Of a stretch of DNA of 64,000 nt, positions 38,985 to 53,899 are shown one piece after another. The notes beneath the pieces are model-generated. The model saw nothing but the letters and a program-made list of their open reading frames with translations. It did not search any database and had not been told where the DNA came from. Numbering within the stretch: position 1 is the stretch's first letter; each line of letters starts with the position of its first letter. Where the stretch lies: the NCBI GenBank assembly GCA_965153455.1, contig OZ234493.1:8360213-8424212 (forward strand). Direction: 5' to 3'. The DNA comes from Sphagnum compactum (lineage: Eukaryota). A program made the position numbers and the translations under genes.

Positions 38985-39502
38985 TCACTCATCCCCACAA
39001 TTAGCCACAGAATCTCATCCATTCATCAATTGCCCAAAGGAAGGAAGGCTTTTCATCCAGAATCCCCCACATAGGTATACACTATACACCAATAAAAACT
39101 AACAGACATAATTTTCTGAGAATTTTCTGTTTACTCTCCTGGATTGACTCATCCCCCAAGATAGGCACAGAAATCTCATCCATTAAGTCAATGCCCAAAG
39201 CAAGGAAGGATCTTCATTTAGAATACCCCCCCCTCCCCCAACATAAATGGATGAGATAAATGGATAGGCACGGAAATCTCATCCATTAATCAATGCCCAA
39301 AGCAAGGAACGATTTTCATCCAGAATCCTCCCACATAATTGGATGGGATAAATGGATAGGCATGGAAATTTCATCCATTAATCAATGCCCAAAACCAAGG
39401 AACCATTTTCATCCAGAATCCCCCCATATAAATGGATGAGATAAATGGATCGGCACGAAATCTCATCCATTAATCAATGCCCAAAGCAAAGAAGGATTTT
39501 CA
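38985..39502. repeat. About 92-bp tandem repeat x5 with an internal inverted repeat in each unit
   Basis: Unit AATGGATGAGAT-AAATGGATAGGCACGGAA-ATCTCATCCATT-AATCAATGCCCAAAGCAAGGAA..TTTTCATCCAGAATCCCCCACAT. Confidence 0.85.
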
Positions 39503-39596
39503 AGGAGGAGAAGAATCTCCACCCCCACCTAACCCAGTTAAGGAACCTAAATATAGAATCCTCCACATAATGTGGGCATCATGTGGCTTCACATTA

Positions 39597-42500
39597 CTAG
39601 TAGGACCATCAATTGACATAAGGTCAAAATATTAATATATTTAAATAATTTTTTTTAAAAAAAATTAGTTATTAAACATTGATAATCCATGATCGTATAA
39701 ATTGTTTACAAAAAATCATTCTCACTTTCATTAATATTAGAATATAAAATTTAATTTTCATCTACTAAAACATTAATAGTTATGGCATCCATGATGATGT
39801 CCTTTTTGGCATCCTCATTATGTCAAAAATTATATATTTGTCCATCTTTGATAAGATGTTTTAATGGGTATTTCATTTTCATTGTTGATTTGAATGTGTT
39901 TTTAATTATGATTTAAACATTTCCACTAAAATATTACAAAAAATGTAAAATGAAATTTAATGGTTTTATGTCTTTATATTTATTTATTTGATAACATTTT
40001 ATTTATGTCAGTTTATTATACTATTATTATTATTTGTTTGAATCATCAATAAATTGAAAAATACCACTATAAGTTATTTAAAATGTCAATAATTTATTTT
40101 TGAAATTATAGTTATAATTGAATTTCATAATGATTTATTTTTATTTTTTATTTTAATAAAAACCAAAAGCTACCATTATGTAGAATTAAATGTTACAAAT
40201 TGTTGGAGTTATGAACATTATGAGAATTAATCAATATTAAATTCATTAAAACATGTATGGATGTAAAAGGTGGTCTAATGGTTTAAAATACATTTAGATG
40301 TGTTCCGTTCATATAAAACATGTTAAGATTTAGGATATCTAAAACAATTTGCAATCATGATGTGTTGGTCAAAAATTTTAATTATAATTTAAGCTCCATC
40401 TTTCCAAATATAAATAATGTGTTATTCAACAGGTCGTTAAGGTTTTAAATGTAGTTGTTGAATGAAAAGGTGAAACACAAATGCATTTGAATATGAATCA
40501 TGCACTTTTTAAATAACAACATGCACAAAATAACATAAAGGTTTGCAAGACTTTGATATGATACATAATGATAGTAAGTTGAGAGACATGCAATTGATTT
40601 AAATATTTAATTAATGTAAAATTTGAAACCAAGAGTCAAATTTTGAACATGTTTCAACTACATAAAAAATCAAAATTTTCTATAATTAAAAAAAAAATTG
40701 TCATCAACTTTAATCATTTAAAAAATCTTGCTCATCTCATTTTGCACCCAATTTGCAAACATTAGTGTATTGCCCACAAACTAGATCAGTTTTTCTTCTT
40801 CTTCCTTTATTTTGTCACCTTCTTTGCTTTATTTTTTCTTTCTTGTAAAGTTTCTATGGCAACAAGTCATTCATCTTTGCATGCATTCAATTCAATTAAT
40901 TACACACATTGAAAAAAAAATGTAACCCCAACATATTCATGGGATGTAGAAAACACAATATGATGTAATAAATTCATAGTATTTTCAAGATTCCTTATAA
41001 TTTTGATTAAAGTAATACAAAGAAAATTTCACTAGTCTTTGTTTAATAATTAATGAAAATTGAAATTTTCATGTCAAGAAAAAAATATTTTTTAATATTC
41101 CAAAAGCCTAGATTTAATTTTTTACAAAATTGTTTTGAAAAAACCAAATTTGAAAATCACAATTTTTTTCACAAATAATATATCTAATGTCAAATATGCC
41201 AAGGTCCTACAATAATAAATAAAATACAATAAATTATGCAAGATGGATTCTTTTTTTAGTAGGTCATATTTGCATACAAGATAAGAATAATCCAATGGGT
41301 TTTCAATGTCTACATACAAACCATTTGATCTAATCAAGTTGTGATTATTTTATGGTAACATTTTCATATTTATCCTATTATGCAATGTTAATAATAGTTT
41401 TAGATGTTTCCATAATTTTCAAGGATATTTTAAATTCATATAATAAAAATCACTAATTTTTATATTGTAAACTTATTAAGGTTTATTGTCAAGCAATGAC
41501 ATTTGCAATGAGTACAATGTTGGTCATCTATTCACATAATTAATGATGTTTCAAATTGAATACTTAATTAAAAAGTCTCTAAATAAATAAATAAAATCAT
41601 CACAAACTTAATTAATCATGAATACATAGAAAGATTATATTCATTCAATAGAAGATTCATGCAAACATCTTTTTATACATTTATAATAGAAAAATTTGGA
41701 TTGTTAAACATGTCATTATCCCAATAGATTGTGAATAACGTATTGAGTTTTGTCACAAGACATGCACAGAAAGAAAAAAAATTATTAATTCATATTATGT
41801 GTGCTATCTTGTAATAATGATCAAATGATATTTTGCATGTATAATGTCTTGTAAACCTTCATAAGTCCATGTTCAATTTTGCTAAAGATTGATTTTACAC
41901 TTGACAACAAAATGTCAAATGTGAATTTCAAATATAATATTATTCACAAATATATTTGTCTAACCATTATTTGATTGATTGATTGATTTATTTATTTTTA
42001 TAATTTCATATTCAAAAAAATCTAATTTATTTTAATTTTTATTAAATAATTTGACAAACATGTAGGTTCTAAATAATTCAATTGTTTTCTTCTCTTTTAA
42101 AATATGACTAACAATGTCACTTAAACACACTTGTAAAGCTATAAATAGATTAATATCATGTGGCTTGTGTTATATAAAAATGATGTAATGCATAAACTAA
42201 GCATATTATCAAAACACATATCAAACTAATTTAGCCAAAAATATATATACAAAAGAAAAACATTGAAAAAAAAAATACATCTTTTTTTTTGGTCCACTAA
42301 ATTTTTCAATGGTCTCTTTTCACATAATGCACACATAATGGGGTGAATAGCCCTTGTTGTCTAACACCTTAAATGAGTGCAAACCATAATGAAAGGAGGA
42401 AAATGCATACCTAAAAATTAAAAAAACTCATGACAACAAAGTCATAAAAACACAATTCTAATATCTTTAATTCTATGGTCAACCTTCTTGCTTATTTTGT

Positions 42501-43402
42501 GTTTGAAAAACAAATTTTCATTGGATCATTACCAAACTCATAATGTGCGTACACATTTTATGCCCTCTTGCCTTTTGTGGATATAACTCCTACATAATAT
42601 TTACATGATTGCAAGAAATCACACAAATTTACACAATTTATGATCTATGAAGCAAAAAATATATATAAAGAAGAGAATGAGCACCATAAATATTATTAAA
42701 AGAACTCCACATGGTTGTTTCACATGTTAAATGCAAAGGGATTTTTGCATTCTCATCTTTTTTTCATTGACATTTGTTCTTTTATTGACAATCCTTTGTT
42801 GATTTAATCCACAAAATTTTGTGGATTCAATCTCAACCAAAGGATAATGATGATATGATGCAATGTGTAACCTGTAATAAATTATCATTATTTGCACTAA
42901 CACTAAAAATAAAACAATTTTATCCTTGTGGAACAAAAAAAAATTCCAATTGTTCTTGAAATGAAAGAACCTAATTCATTCTTATATGAAACTTAGGTAT
43001 GAACAACATTGCAGTACAACTTGAATTAAATTTGAATTGAGTTCGAATACATTGAATGGGATTTAAATTAAATCACAATTCAAACAATTCCAATTGAATG
43101 GAATTGAATTTTGTAACAATTAGATTAAGATTTAGTTGAATTGGATTAAATTTCAATTTTAAAAAAATGGGACACAAATTCGTAGAAAAGTTATTCAAAA
43201 TCTTCTTTTGAATATGGTGTTGGGAAAAAAACTCTTAAAATACACAAATTTGAAACAACACCTTTTCATGCCTTTTCACTTGGGAATGGGCTAATTAAAT
43301 TTTAATTTGGAAATGTTAAATCTATGACAATGACTTATGAAATCTAAAATTGTCAAACCTAAACTACTTCTAATGAATCATCATCATTATAATAATATAG
43401 GC
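39597..43402 (-). mobile_element. Possible ancient Helitron remnant (very AT-rich)
   Basis: The minus strand begins CCTATATTATTATAAT and ends with a GACC..GGTC stem then CTAG|T. Frameshifted traces resemble Helitron Rep motifs (MHYI.FYIT.K at about 42170-42195, NYVNR.P at about 41520-41545). Heavily decayed. Confidence 0.3.
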
Positions 43403-45963
43403 CTAACCCATATGTATCCATGTTTTTTTAAGAGTTTTTGTTTGCAACCAAAGTGGTGATCATCCCTTGGAAGATTTAACAAAATTAAGCTATAAAACCA
43501 AATATGACATACAAATATTTAATCACTCATTATAATTTTGGCTACACATTGAAAACAAAATATACAAATCTGTCAAATTTCTCACTATTTTTCTCACTTT
43601 CAGCAATTGAAAACCTTCAAAATTCAATTCATTTTCAAAAAAAATAATATTTTGGTCAGAAATTTTCCAATTAAGAAAAAAAATAACATAATTACCTCAC
43701 TTATCCAAAGTCTTAATTCCAAGAAGGGTATAGATATCTCTTAATGAAAATTTCACTTACAATTAAGACAACCATTTGGCACATAGAAATTTGGTAAAAT
43801 TTGTATCCCACCTCATGCTTTGCTTTCCTGAATTTTGTTTTCCGTCTATTGAAAAAATTCCAAAAAAATCCAAAAAAAATTCTAGCTACAATTCAACTAA
43901 ATTTTCTAAAAAAATCCCCAATTTTTGAGGGATTACATTTGTACTACAATTTTTTAACCAAGGCAAGGATATTGTGTTTAGATACATTATAAAGTATAGT
44001 AGCTTAAGGGATTTTGGCCCCTACTAGGTAATAATAATAATAGGTCTATTTTATTATATGAGGATTCTTGAAAGATGATATTTGGGCTTGTGTTGAAACT
44101 TGAGATTATTTATAGAGTTATAATATATATCTTGAAGGATTTTGGTTTCTTTTAGAAGGATTTTTATTTTTGAAGATTATATTTTTGCATGGTGAAATAT
44201 TTGAGTTAAATCGATAATTCTTCTTTTGCCTTAAGATACTTTTGAATGTAAAATGGCAAGGCCACAATGTGTGACACACCCCCCTTGTTCTCATAATAGG
44301 TTAGGGCATGTTGTTTACATCAATAGAAAAAAAAAACAAAAAAAAACAAAATGCTTGCTTCATCGCGGAGTGTTTCAAGACGCCATGCCTTAATAATATT
44401 TCCGTGCTTAGACTAAATCGGGTTCTCCGAGTCCTAATCTAACATTTCTTGGGTTTTAATTTGGCCACTAATAATAAGAGGCCTCACTCAAATGAATGAA
44501 GGTACCGCAAGTGTGGGTGTTGCGGGTTCACACCGGCCATGTATAATAGAAAGTCCGAGTGTCACTAACTAACTCATCACACATACGGAGATGGTGATTA
44601 GGTCGAACCGCACCCACATGAGGATGAAGCTTTCTATGACACCCCCCCCCCCCCCCAAGGTTGCATCTGCTCATCATAGTGGGCCTCAACCGGGATGGGC
44701 CTCACATTCCGCACCATACCACTCCTGTCAATTCCACATGGTCTTGGTGGGGTGGAACCGGACCGGCCGGGGGGGCCGGCCATGCACCAAACCTAACCTC
44801 TCAAAATTTGCATCAAGCAACCTTCCACATGGAAGAAGAAATTATGCCCTAAAAAAATATTCTCACCAATCCATTCATTGAAACCTTCCAAAAATTCAGA
44901 AAAATCAGAAATGATTTTTTTGTAACGGGGTGGGTGGGTGGGTGCAAGTGAGGGTGAACGAGCATGCATGGTGGTGGTACATTCACCTTTGTGAACAAAT
45001 TTAAAGCCCAAAAAAATTGTTAGATTTGAACTCAGAGACCCCCATTTGGGGGGGGATTTTTAACCATGGTTCAAATGTGGGTACCGGTTCACCCAAGGTG
45101 GTGGGTGCATCTTCCTACGTTTTGGATGAAGATGAAGAAGTCAAAACTTGAGTTTTTCATCAATCAATCTGTTCATCTAACAACGTAACCCATGAGATCC
45201 ACATCCATGTTCTTTAATGGATTTCAACCAATGCTTCTTCTCTCTTCGAAAGGTCGAACCAAACAACACGGATTTAAAAGCTATAATAACCCAACAACAC
45301 TAAAAACAATACCATAATACCTTGGCCATTTTGACAAAATGTTTGTTGAAGAATTCCATTTTGTGAAATCTGAAATTTGGGACCAAGGCAATATAAATAA
45401 TGCTATGGTATTTGTAAATCATTTTACAAGCATTAATTGCATAGCCAATCAAAGATAAATGAATACTAGTAGTGTTGAGTTGTGTGTCTAGATTGAAACA
45501 AACCTTACCAAAACTTAATTTCCATTTTGTTCATTGAAAGAGCCACATCCATAGTGTACTCGTGCATTGTTAATTATCGGAATTTCAACATTCAAGAATG
45601 AAACAACATATGCATACCAATGTTGGCGAGGTTAGGATTTTCAATAAGGTCCAGTTCCAAGAACCAAGCCCGGGGGGTCTAAATGGGACAAGACTTGCCT
45701 TGGGTCAAGCGGTTATCCTGAGATCTGGACCCAAACCTGACCTAGGGTAAGTCAAGGTTGGCTACATCTGACCCTAGACCCAACCCTTGGATCTTAAGGT
45801 AGTTTTTTACAAGGTTTGAATCTTAAGATCTTTTTAGGAGGATCCAATTTATTTTGTTGGCTATGATCCTCCTTCATTGGTTCATCACAAAATGTATTTA
45901 ACATTTTGACACATCCAAAGGAGAATGTGTGTGAAATTCTTTTTCGCTCCTTTACATAGTTTA

Positions 45964-46332
45964 CCGTAGTGCCACGAAAGGTTCGTTAATGAATTCGGGC
46001 TGGAGGCCGAAACAATCTTTAATTGGGCAAATAAATGACTTTTGGACTTCTGTAACGAACGTTTTCCCCCAAAACCGGACCAATGCAGATCAATGCAGAG
46101 TGCAGATAAATGCCTGTATGCTCAGAATGTTGCACATGTGTGCGTGCAACATCAAAACAAAAAAAAATGGAAATTGGCTTGGACCTGTAATGGACCTTTT
46201 TGGCAGATTACTGGACCTTTCCCTTGAAAACAATGCATTTCCTGCAGCACTGATGGACCTTTTCCAAAAAAATTCCTCAAGATTAATTAAATTGATCGTT
46301 ACAGCCCGCCCGAACCTTTCGTGGCACTACGA
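45964..46332. mobile_element. Tc1/mariner-type (pogo/Tc2-like) MITE, 369 bp
   Basis: TIR (C)CGTAGTGCCACGAAAGGTTCG / CGAACCTTTCGTGGCACTACG(A) with a 21-bp perfect match, TA on both flanks, and subterminal CGGGCTG/CAGCCCG. Confidence 0.8.
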
Positions 46333-48170
46333 TATACGATGAAAATTGTGAACAAAGGATATGAGATTAAAACATGATGAAAGCAAATGCTACAACAATC
46401 TTATACCCTTTGTCCTGTACAAGAGATTATCCCATATGCCCATAGTTCTCTCATTGATAGATTTGAAATTGGCAATCAAAAAAAAGTTGAGCTAACTTCA
46501 AAATTGTCAGGATTTGGTTTTTGCCAATACTCATTAAGCCGCAAAGCACTGCCTAGATTTTTCCTTTGTATTTTCAGCTCCCTTGCCTACCTGAAGAAAC
46601 CTGTTTTCAGCAAGCTGGATCTTCTGTAAAAGTGGAAAGTACCAGCAGGCTGTACTGGGATCTTCTGACCAGTGGAAGGAAGGTACCCGCCAACTTATCA
46701 CTATTTTTAAAAAGTGAAAAAATCTCAACTCTGCTTTATGTAGGAAAAGGACTGAGTACAGGCCCTTCCGTGATTTTTGACCTGTTCCCTTGACATACCG
46801 GCCTCAGGCACAGATCTCAAATCAGGGAAGCGCCTGTACCTTCTGGATTTCGGAAGGTACATTTCTTTTTTTCATTTCTTTTCATCTTTTAGTCACCGTT
46901 TTCTTTACTTCCTCTTTAAAGAAAAAAAAGGTCCTCATTGTGTTTTCTCATTATTCAAATGTACCTCCTCCAAAGATCCGCTTTCGGCACCTAGGTTGAC
47001 ATGAAAAAAAATCCTTGACAAAACTAAAATAAAAAAAGTGTGTGGAAAGTAATTATCGCCATAATTTTATTTTATAAATTTACATATTTCGATTAATAGC
47101 CAGATTTGGCTATGTATTAAAGGACCAATTGCAAAAGATTTTACATATTCTTATAAGAAATCATCATTTTGGGCTACTAAAATGTGATTTGTCTCATTGT
47201 GTCTTTGTAATCATTAATTTATAAATCTAATTTATAATCTTATATATATATATATAGGTTAATGGCCATATTTTGCTATATATTAAGGGACCAATCCAGA
47301 ATCTTTTTACATATTTCTACAAGAAAACTCCATTTCAGCTACTAACTAAATTGTGAATTTTCTCATTGTGCATTAGTCATCATTCAAATCTACTTCTCGT
47401 TAGATCTGCTTTCCATTTAAGGGGAGGGAAAATTAGCCTAGAAAAATAGGAAAGATGAAAAACTGTTGAAAGAAAAATTTACCAAGATCTCTCCACAGGT
47501 GAACGTTTTGCTAGTAAGTACCTTCTAAATTTTTGAGCCCCTCCCTTCCCTTCGGCCTACCAGCCTCAGGACTTGAGCTTTTCAATTAGGCCATGAATCT
47601 TGCATTGTTTCTGGGGAAAGAGTCAAGCAACCAACAACCAAGGAAAAGAACTAGGGTGCAACTACACTCGCCCATTCGGTTCAACGTTTATCACCTTTTT
47701 GTGCAGTGTAAACCGAAATGAAATCCTTCATCAAACTTCAAGAGAACAACCCATTGAACTTCATAGGGCTTGTCATTTTGTGCTTTATGTGATTTTGTAA
47801 AGAAATGCACGGTTCATGTTTTGATGGTCTGCGCAGAACAAAAAGATTTATATGTTTTGCAATTTCTAATAAAAAGTGAACCGGTCATCATAAGGAAAGA
47901 AGATCTAATTATCATCACTAGCTTATTTCTTAATGTATGAAACAATTGTTTTCAACTTTGTATTTTTTCCTTTTTTAATTTTTATTAAAACCTTATGATA
48001 AAATTGAACAAGGTGTCACAATTCTTTTTGTAAGATTGTCGCAAAGTTCAATGGGGGGTGTTTATTATTTTCCATAAAACACCAAGGTTGGAACACATTC
48101 CTAAAATAAGGAGCTTAAGACATAGCACATAACCTAGTTCAACCCACATTTTGAGAATGTAGACCACAAG

Positions 48171-49080
48171 TGATGCACCCCCAAATTTTTCATAAGATTC
48201 AAATGCGAGTCTGACGGTGAAAATAACGAAAGAAGAAGTTGGGATGTGTTCCCTAGCTCGTAGCACCTTGGGCGTAAAACGAGCATCCCGAAGCTCTAGG
48301 ATAGGGACTAGGAAAAGTGACAAGCGGGTCAATTATTCACACAGGCCTGCACAAACAAACAACAAGTTGGTTAGTTTGTAGTTGTAACATTTTTGGTGCA
48401 CAACGAACCAAAGGCATACACGGATTCACAAGACTCATCACGGCCCGGACTTGGGGGAAGCCACTACCTTTCCCCTTATAGTATTCTCTATGCCTGCACC
48501 CAAATGTCATTTTGTCCCAGGACTCCTAAATTGGGAGTCCCAAAATTCCTGAAATTCTCGAAATGGGGACTTCTGTGGCTTTAGAGGTTCATAATTTTTT
48601 GTGAAGACCTCTGATTGAAATGGGGTATGAAGCAAAGTTGTAGCCCGCATCAAGAGCTTTCTAACAGTATGTGGCACGCCACCTGCACGCAAGTAATTCA
48701 AAGCGATTCCCAACTTTTAGTGGTCGGAAGTCAAGTTGGCAGTTTGACTCCCGGACCTTCTTTTGGCCATAACTTATGTTTTAAGTACCCAATTGAATCA
48801 TTGAGCCCATTTAAGACATCTACGTCTTAAAAGCTTTCCAATGGTATAAGAAACTTTTTAATCAAACGAGTTTTGACCCCTGAATTCGTTCTTTGAAGAC
48901 TCGAGAATCCATCGAAACTCCATCTCCCAAAGTGGGAGCCCACTTGAAAGTGTGTAAGTTCATTCCCTCACATTCTCTTGCACTTCCGAAAGCATGAAAT
49001 GTAATTCCTGGGCTTCACTCTTGGCCCGCACTTTTGCAAGCCTTTGCTTTGGTCGCGAACCCAAGGCTAGGGTTGCGACA
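48171..49080 (+). mobile_element. Solo LTR, 910 bp, with a perfect 5-bp TSD
   Basis: TG...CA termini (TGATGCACCC...GGTTGCGACA), with ACAAG at both 48166-48170 and 49081-49085. Homologous to 21358-22239 and loosely to about 59240-59510. Confidence 0.88.
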
Positions 49081-52000
49081 ACAAGCGGGTTTAGGCCCGA
49101 AATTATGTATGTTTATTACATAGTTATGAAAATTTATATTATTGTTTGCACAAATATCTTTTCACATTTCTATTTTCTATGTATAACAATCATGCCACAA
49201 CATTTTCTTACCATGGATTTCACACATTCATAAATTATGTCAAAACCTTTGATAATTAAAATTTCATTTCCTTTCACAATTCCATGAAACTTCGCACTTG
49301 TATCACAACTTGTTATCATCAAGTGAAAGTGTTTCCAAAGGTCCTAAACTCACATATATATTAACCAAAAGAAAATTAAACATTTTCTAAAGTCTTAGAT
49401 ATCACATAACTCATCATGTGATTGAACATGCACATTAATTTACACAAATATTTTCTTCATGGATTATCATGCGAACAAAGATTTCCTTAATGAATTATTA
49501 TGTGTGAATCATGCATATTAATTGAAATTATGACTAATTGATGATGATTTACCAAACCATTATTAAATTATAAAACCCAACCACCAAATAAATTATTAAA
49601 CTTAACCCCTAGGTAATTACATAAGTAATAAATTATTTACATCAAATTACAGTAACATCTTCCACATTAGGATTTGAAGGACATTAAATACCCCTAACAA
49701 GCTTTGTCCAATGCATATTTATCACACCTTGCATTATTTTACACAGTTCTTGTCTTCCATAATCAACACTTATATTCTTAATCACAAAACAAAATTATAT
49801 ATTCTATTGTTCTTCTTTGTTGGATATCAACTTCGTACTAAGTTATTTAAATTACTCAATTTACCAAGTTATAATTACTTGAGATATTTGTGTTACATGC
49901 ACATTTTTTGGGACCATGAAATATGTCAATATTTTTAGTTGAGTTTAGTGTGAAATATTTCAATGCATGAAATGATGATTTTACGCATGTGCTTGTGCAT
50001 GCACTTCTAGGGTAGGTAACATATGCATGGGGGTGTTCACCTCCTATTTAAATTGGGCATGAGTTCAGGGGTGGATCATAGCTTTGTAGTAACATTTGTG
50101 TGATCCTAAAGTTGGGTGGAAAACTTGTGGTAAAATCAATGTTTTTATCATCTCTATTTTCTCCTTGATCCATTGTCAATTTCCAACATGGTATCTGAGC
50201 AAGGTTGCTTTTGAGGGAAGGGAAAATTGAAGTTGTTTTCTACAATTCTTGAAAGTTCTAAAGCATTGGGTGTGTTTTTGTTCTTTCAATTTTGCTGAAA
50301 GTTTCAAAGCTTTAAGTCTTTTGTTTTTGGGCATTATTTTACTCACAATCATGGCGTCCATTTCCAATGCTCGAAGTATTGAGAAGTTGAATGGAAAGAA
50401 CTTTCATACATGGAAAATGAAGATGGAATTTCTCCTACATGAAAAGGATTTATGGGAAATCACCTCAAGAAAATTATTGCCACCAAAGGTTGAATTTGGA
50501 GAAATTGTTTTTGAAGGTGGCATTCTTGAACATTTTTTGTTTATGAAGAAAGACAAATTGGCTTGTGGAATAATTCACCTAAATGTTGTTGAATTTACAT
50601 CATGTTGCATGTGTAAAAACTACAAAAGATGCATGGGACATTTGAGAAAAAACATGTAGTTAATAGATTGCAAATACATCAAGAGTTCTATAATCTTAAG
50701 GTGGAGGAAGGCACCTTAGTGCAAGCTCATATTGACAAGCTTTAGATGATTGTAGATCAATTAATAAACATCGATCATCAAAGGTTTTATGAAGATTTGG
50801 CATTCACATTTTTAGGGATATTGTCATCATCTTTTGGGAATTTGTCATCATCTTTCCATACCCTTGTGGTTTCACTTAGTACCCACATAAATCAATTGTT
50901 TATGGAGTTAGTATGTGGACAATTATTGCAAAAAAAATTGCGATGTAAGCAAGAAGTGCAATTTAACCATGGTATAAAACATGAAACATTAATTGTTAAA
51001 AGTGTTTCTGGGAAGTTCAAAAAAGGTATAGATTGGGGGAAGTTCAATAATGAAAAGAAAAATAAAAAGGAGCTTGCTACAATTGTGGCACCAAAGGCCA
51101 TTTACAAAATAATGTCACAAGAATAAATAAGATTGAAAAAACAAACTCAAGGTTCTTCACTTGTAGCCACATTAAACAAAACAAAACTTCTTGTGACTAT
51201 TGTATTTATTTCTTCAATTTGTAGGGATGCCTGGTTTGTTGATTTTAGAGCTTCAGAACATCTAACCTTTCAAGAGGAAGTATTTTGGACCTTTGAAAAT
51301 TTTACTTTGAATCACAAAGTATATCTTAGGGACAATATACGCTTGATGTATGTGGGAAAGGCATTATTGTCTTCAACTTGCCAAATGGGATTTCCAAGTA
51401 CATTAGAAATGTGTTGTATGTCCCAAAATTGGCAAAAAATTTGTTATCAATTAATTACTTAACATAGCAAAACTTTAAGGTGTAATTTGTAGCCACCAAA
51501 AGTTGGTTGAAGTTTTATGATTCAAACAAGGTGATTGTTGAAGTTATTCAAAAAGGAAGGTTATATGAATTGGCCAGAATTGTTCAATCGTTGGTTACAA
51601 AATGTAGCACCAAGATTAAGAGAAATGATTTGTGACATTGGAAACTCAAACATATTTATATGTAAACTTTAACAACCATGGAAAAAAAAAAAACCTTGTT
51701 GAAGGCATGGATCTCAATGGGAATGATGACTTGAATTTCTATGATGGATGTGTGTATGGTAAACAACATTGTACTTCATTTCCTTTGAGTGAGGGTTTTC
51801 ATGTAAAGAAAATTTGTAGACTAGTGCAAATAGACTTATGTGGTCACATGGCAAAAACATTTCATGGAAGGGCAAAGTATTTTTTAACCTTAATTGATGA
51901 TTTTTCTAAAAAAAATGTCTTTATACCATGAAGACTAAATTTGTGTGCTTGACAAGTTTAAGGTTTTCAAAGCTTTGGTAAAAAAACAAACTAGAAAAAA

Positions 52001-53899
52001 TATCGAGACAACTAAATGTGATGGAAGTGGGGAGTATAACTTTAAGAATTTAAATACATTTTGCAAGGAAAATCACATTGTGAAACATACAACCATTCCA
52101 TACACACCAGAACATAATGGTGTACCTAAAAGGAAGAATCGAACACTTGTTGAAAGTGTGCAATGCATGCTACAACATATGAAGTTGAACCATAGATTCT
52201 GGGCCAAAGCAATGGCAATTGCAACATATATTCATAATCAAATTCCTACCAAGGCAATTTTTTTAACATGACATTAAAAGTGGTTTGGTGTGGATACAAA
52301 CCTTCCATAAATCATTTGCACGTTTTTGGTTGTGTTGCATTTGCTCATGTGCCAAAGGAAAAAAGGACAAAGTTGGATTCCAAAGGTGCCAAATGCATAT
52401 TCATTGATAATTATGAAAAAATTAATGCCCATACAAATTGTATAACCTTATAAACTAACATGTTATCATCAGTCATGATGATATTTTTGATGAATCTGTA
52501 AACTTTAATGGGGAAACAATGGTTTCAAGGTTGGATTCTAGATTTGAATAAATAATTCTAAATCAAGAAGTAGAAATGGATAATGAAAGAATTCATCAAC
52601 AAATGCAAGAAAATCCAATAATGATTGAAGATGTGAATCCTTCCCATGTTTTTTTGTTGATGTTGATGAGCCTCAAACTTTTGTGATGGCTTTGAATGGT
52701 GAAGATTCACAATATTGGAAAAAGGCCATGATTTAAGTTTTAGTCTTTACAAGATAATAAAACTTAAATATTTATTCCTCTTGCACTTGATTGCAAACCA
52801 ATGAATTGCAAATGGATTTTCAAGATCAAGTATAATGCCAATGGCTCTATGGCAAGGCACAAGGCTTGTTTGGTGGCCAAAGGATTTACACAAGTTGAAG
52901 ATATTAATTTAAATGAAATCTTTTCCCTTGTTGCATGAATGGAACAATTCAAATTATGCCTATAGTTGTGGCCATTGAAGATCTCAAAATGCATCAAATG
53001 GATGTTAAACTGCTTTTTTGAATGCAGATATTCAAAAGAAATATATATGCAATAACCAAAGGGCTTTGTGATGAAGGGTAAGGAGAATATAGTATGTATT
53101 TTTAAAAAAATTTATATGGTTTGAAACAATCTCCTTGTGAATGGAACCACAACTTTAATGTATATTTTTCTTTTAAGAGTTTATAAAGAACTATGTTGAC
53201 CATACAATTTATTTTAAGAGAACTCACAAAAACTCTTATGTGATCATAACTTTCACTACTACAAAAGTGGGGCGCAATTTACTAGCCTAAATCACTATGG
53301 GACCTTAAAAGTGAAATAACTTCATTGTATTTTACTGATTTCACCCTGCTGAAAGTTATTTCATTATAATATCACTATGTAGTCATCATGTTTCATTACT
53401 AGTCAACATAATTAATTATTATAATTTACTAAAGTAAATAGGTTTATTTACATGTTTTTAAAAATATTCTATCTATGCTACTTTATGATATACCCTATAT
53501 TATTTTAAGCTACTTTAGATATTCTAACTTATAGTTTATGTTATTATAAGGTATTATAAATTATTGTACCCTAAATTATTATATGTTATTTTACTTTAAG
53601 GTATCTTAACTAGTTTATTATAAGCTTTTAAAGTATTCTAAATTAAATTAATATATGTTATTTCAAGTTATACTTTAAGTTATTCAAGGTCATTTTACTT
53701 TATGTTATTATAAATTGTTTTATCCTAAGTATGATAACTTAAAATAATCTAAATAAAATATAATGACCTAAGGTAAAAATAACTAAGAATAGAAAATAAT
53801 AACCTATGAAAAATAATTTTAAATACCTACAATATAATAACTACCAATAGCCTATAATATTATAACATAGAATATCCAACAGTAATTTATAATACAATC

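Noticed and set aside
38555-39502. CRISPR-like appearance (conserved core with variable linkers; palindromic units)
   Set aside because: The linkers are homologous to each other and variable in length, there are no cas genes, and the context is eukaryotic. These are ordinary tandem repeats.
46566-46700. Isolated exon-like segment with AG/GT boundaries
   Set aside because: No neighbouring compatible exons and no recognisable protein motif.
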